64,000 nt of DNA from Raja brachyura (lineage: Eukaryota), in NCBI GenBank assembly GCA_963514005.1, contig OY740793.1, forward strand, positions 20,026,001-20,090,000, written 5' to 3'. The notes beneath the pieces are model-generated. The model saw only the letters and a program-made list of their open reading frames with translations. It was not told the DNA's origin and ran no database searches. This document shows, piece by piece, positions 62,041 through 64,000 of the stretch. Position numbers and translations under genes: made by a program. Within the stretch, counting starts at the first letter, position 1; each line of letters begins with the position of its first letter.

Positions 62041-62653
62041 TCTATATATTACTAAAACTCTCATCTTGACCACTTCCTGTCTGTGTTGTAATTTAATTTG
62101 CGCAAAAACGATCCCCAGAGCGCTACGAATTTTCACCACCTTACTCACCACTCAGGCCTCCCGTGTGACTGGGAGCCAACACCCCCCATCCCCCACACCC
62201 CCCTCCCCCACACCCTCCTCTCCCACAGCCCCCTCCCCCACTCCCCCTCCTCCACAGCTCCCTCCCCCATAGCCCCCTCCCCACACACCCTCCCCCACAT
62301 CCCCCTCCCCTACACCCCCCTCCTCCACCCCCCCTCCTCCACACCCCCCTCCCCCTCCCAACTCCCAACACCTCCTCCCCCACACCCCCCTCCCAACTTC
62401 CCCATACCATCCTCCCCCCACCCCTCTCGCCCACCCTCCTCCGTCACCCTCCTCCCCCCTCCTCCACACCCCCTCCCCCTCCCCCTCCCAACTCCCCCAC
62501 ATCCCCTCCCCCACACCCCCCTCCCCAACCCCCCTCCCCCACACCCTCCTCCACCACACCCCCACTCCACCGCACCCCCCTCCCCCACACCCCCCTCCCC
62601 CATACCCCCCTGCCCCACCCCCTTCCCCTGCCCACACCCCCCACTTAGTCTAG
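62041..62653 (+). mobile_element. Non-autonomous Helitron with internal C-rich low-complexity array
   Basis: Inserted between A and T. Starts TCTATATATTACTAAAA and ends GTCTAG; no TSD. Confidence 0.65.
62180..62644. repeat. Degenerate (CCCCTCCCCCACA)n-like tract
   Basis: About 465 bp of C-runs separated by short A/T spacers; G-rich on the minus strand. Confidence 0.9.
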
Positions 62654-63835
62654 TATTATTACATAATTTAAACTCTTTATTGCAGCTATTATGTTTAATG
62701 AAATGCTAAAGGAATGGGCATTTTACTCTGAAGTGTTTCCCATGGTAGGGGTGTCTAAAACGGAAGGGCATAATCTTAAGGTGCGAGAGAATAGATTTAA
62801 AGAGGAACTGATAGGTAGATTTTTCACACAAAAGAATAGTTGGTATCTGAAAAGAACTGCCAGAGAAGGTGTTAGAGGTGAGAACTGAAGGGGCATCTGA
62901 ATTGGTACCTGAAGGATCAAGGCTGGAGGGATGTGAAATTAATGCAGGTAGGTCAGATTAGTAAAAGTAGGAATGATGGATGGCATGGACACAGAGGGCT
63001 GTAGATCTGTTTCTATGCTGTACAATTCTATAATCTATATCTCTATGAAAGCATGTGCCAAATGATCGCTGTGCTAATAAGGAACACCTCTTAAGTTGAT
63101 TTTGATTGAAATATCAGGAATAATTGGTGATGAGTATCTGTAATATGTTAATGAAGTGTCTAATAAGTGGTTCAATGTGCTTTGGCAGCCATCTTCACAG
63201 CTCTAACAACAATGAATGTGAAATTATGGCTCTCCCTTCCATTAGTTGCTAATTATGAGAATTTATAGATACTGAACCAGAAACATTCAGGCATAACAGT
63301 CAAGTGGTGATTAGATGCTACAGTTATGAAGCAGTGTTATGTGAGCTCTTGGATCTCAATTGCACGGGAGATATGAGAGATACACCAGAACATTGCAACA
63401 TTTCTGAGGAACCCTGAGTGAAGGCATAGCACACAGATTGAGTGCAGTACCAGGGAGGTCCAGCAGAGCTGGCATATTCTGTACATGCAGCCTGCACCAA
63501 AGTGGTTTAGGTTTATTATTGACATGCGCAAGGAGCTACAGAGAAAAGCTTTGTTTTGCATGCTATCCTATTAAATCAGATAATACTATACATATACACA
63601 ATCAAACTGAGAACTATATTCATCACTCTGTATCTTTGCCTTTGCTTTACATAATGTACTTGGCTTGATTGTATTTATCTATTGTATTATCTCATTTGAT
63701 TTGATAGCATAAAAAAAACTTTTTATTTTTCCTCTGAACCCGTGACAATAATAAATTGAAACTTAAACAGCTTTGGTGACTTTTCCATATACAGCATATG
63801 ATTTTTTTTTAAATGAAACCAAACATACATGTTGA

Positions 63836-64000
63836 AAAGCCTTGGTTTGTCAATTGCTGTAAATAAAAATGTTTGCAGTTGTACAGGGTTTTGGTGAGGC
63901 CACACCTGGAGTACTGCGTACAGTTTTGGTCTCCAAATCTGAGGAAAGACATCCTTGCCATAGAGGGGGTACAGAGAAGATTCACCAGACTGATTCCTGG
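63836..64000 (+). mobile_element. CR1 LINE fragment running off the window end
   Basis: [42 protein letters not shown]. Confidence 0.92.

Noticed and set aside
62098-62709. Proline-rich and glycine-rich ORFs (extensin- or collagen-like)
   Set aside because: They arise from the C-rich low-complexity tract, which lacks stops in most frames.

Overview
Eukaryotic, repeat-dense DNA with no recognisable host gene, so probably intronic or intergenic. The mix of repeats points to a cartilaginous fish, probably a skate or ray (inference): CR1/HER1-type LINEs, tRNA-derived V-SINEs sharing the LINE 3' tail, Rex1/Babar and Penelope. Best-resolved elements: (1) a full-length but coding-damaged DIRS1-type tyrosine-recombinase retrotransposon (18984-23887) with intact ITR/ICR architecture and ATT junctions; (2) two deleted CsRn1-like Gypsy elements with 4-bp TSDs, one with TTT...AAA LTR ends instead of TG...CA; (3) a Tc1 transposon nested in a SINE and itself hit by a CR1; (4) Harbinger-like MITEs, two of them at the same TAA of the SINE; (5) an internally deleted HERO-like element bracketed by two copies of its own 3' UTR; (6) a non-autonomous Helitron filled with a C-rich tract; (7) many Penelope-derived, often palindromic fragments carrying a minimal hammerhead-ribozyme core. 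Family names come from recalled protein and DNA motifs, not database searches. Boundaries of degraded repeats are approximate (tens of bp).
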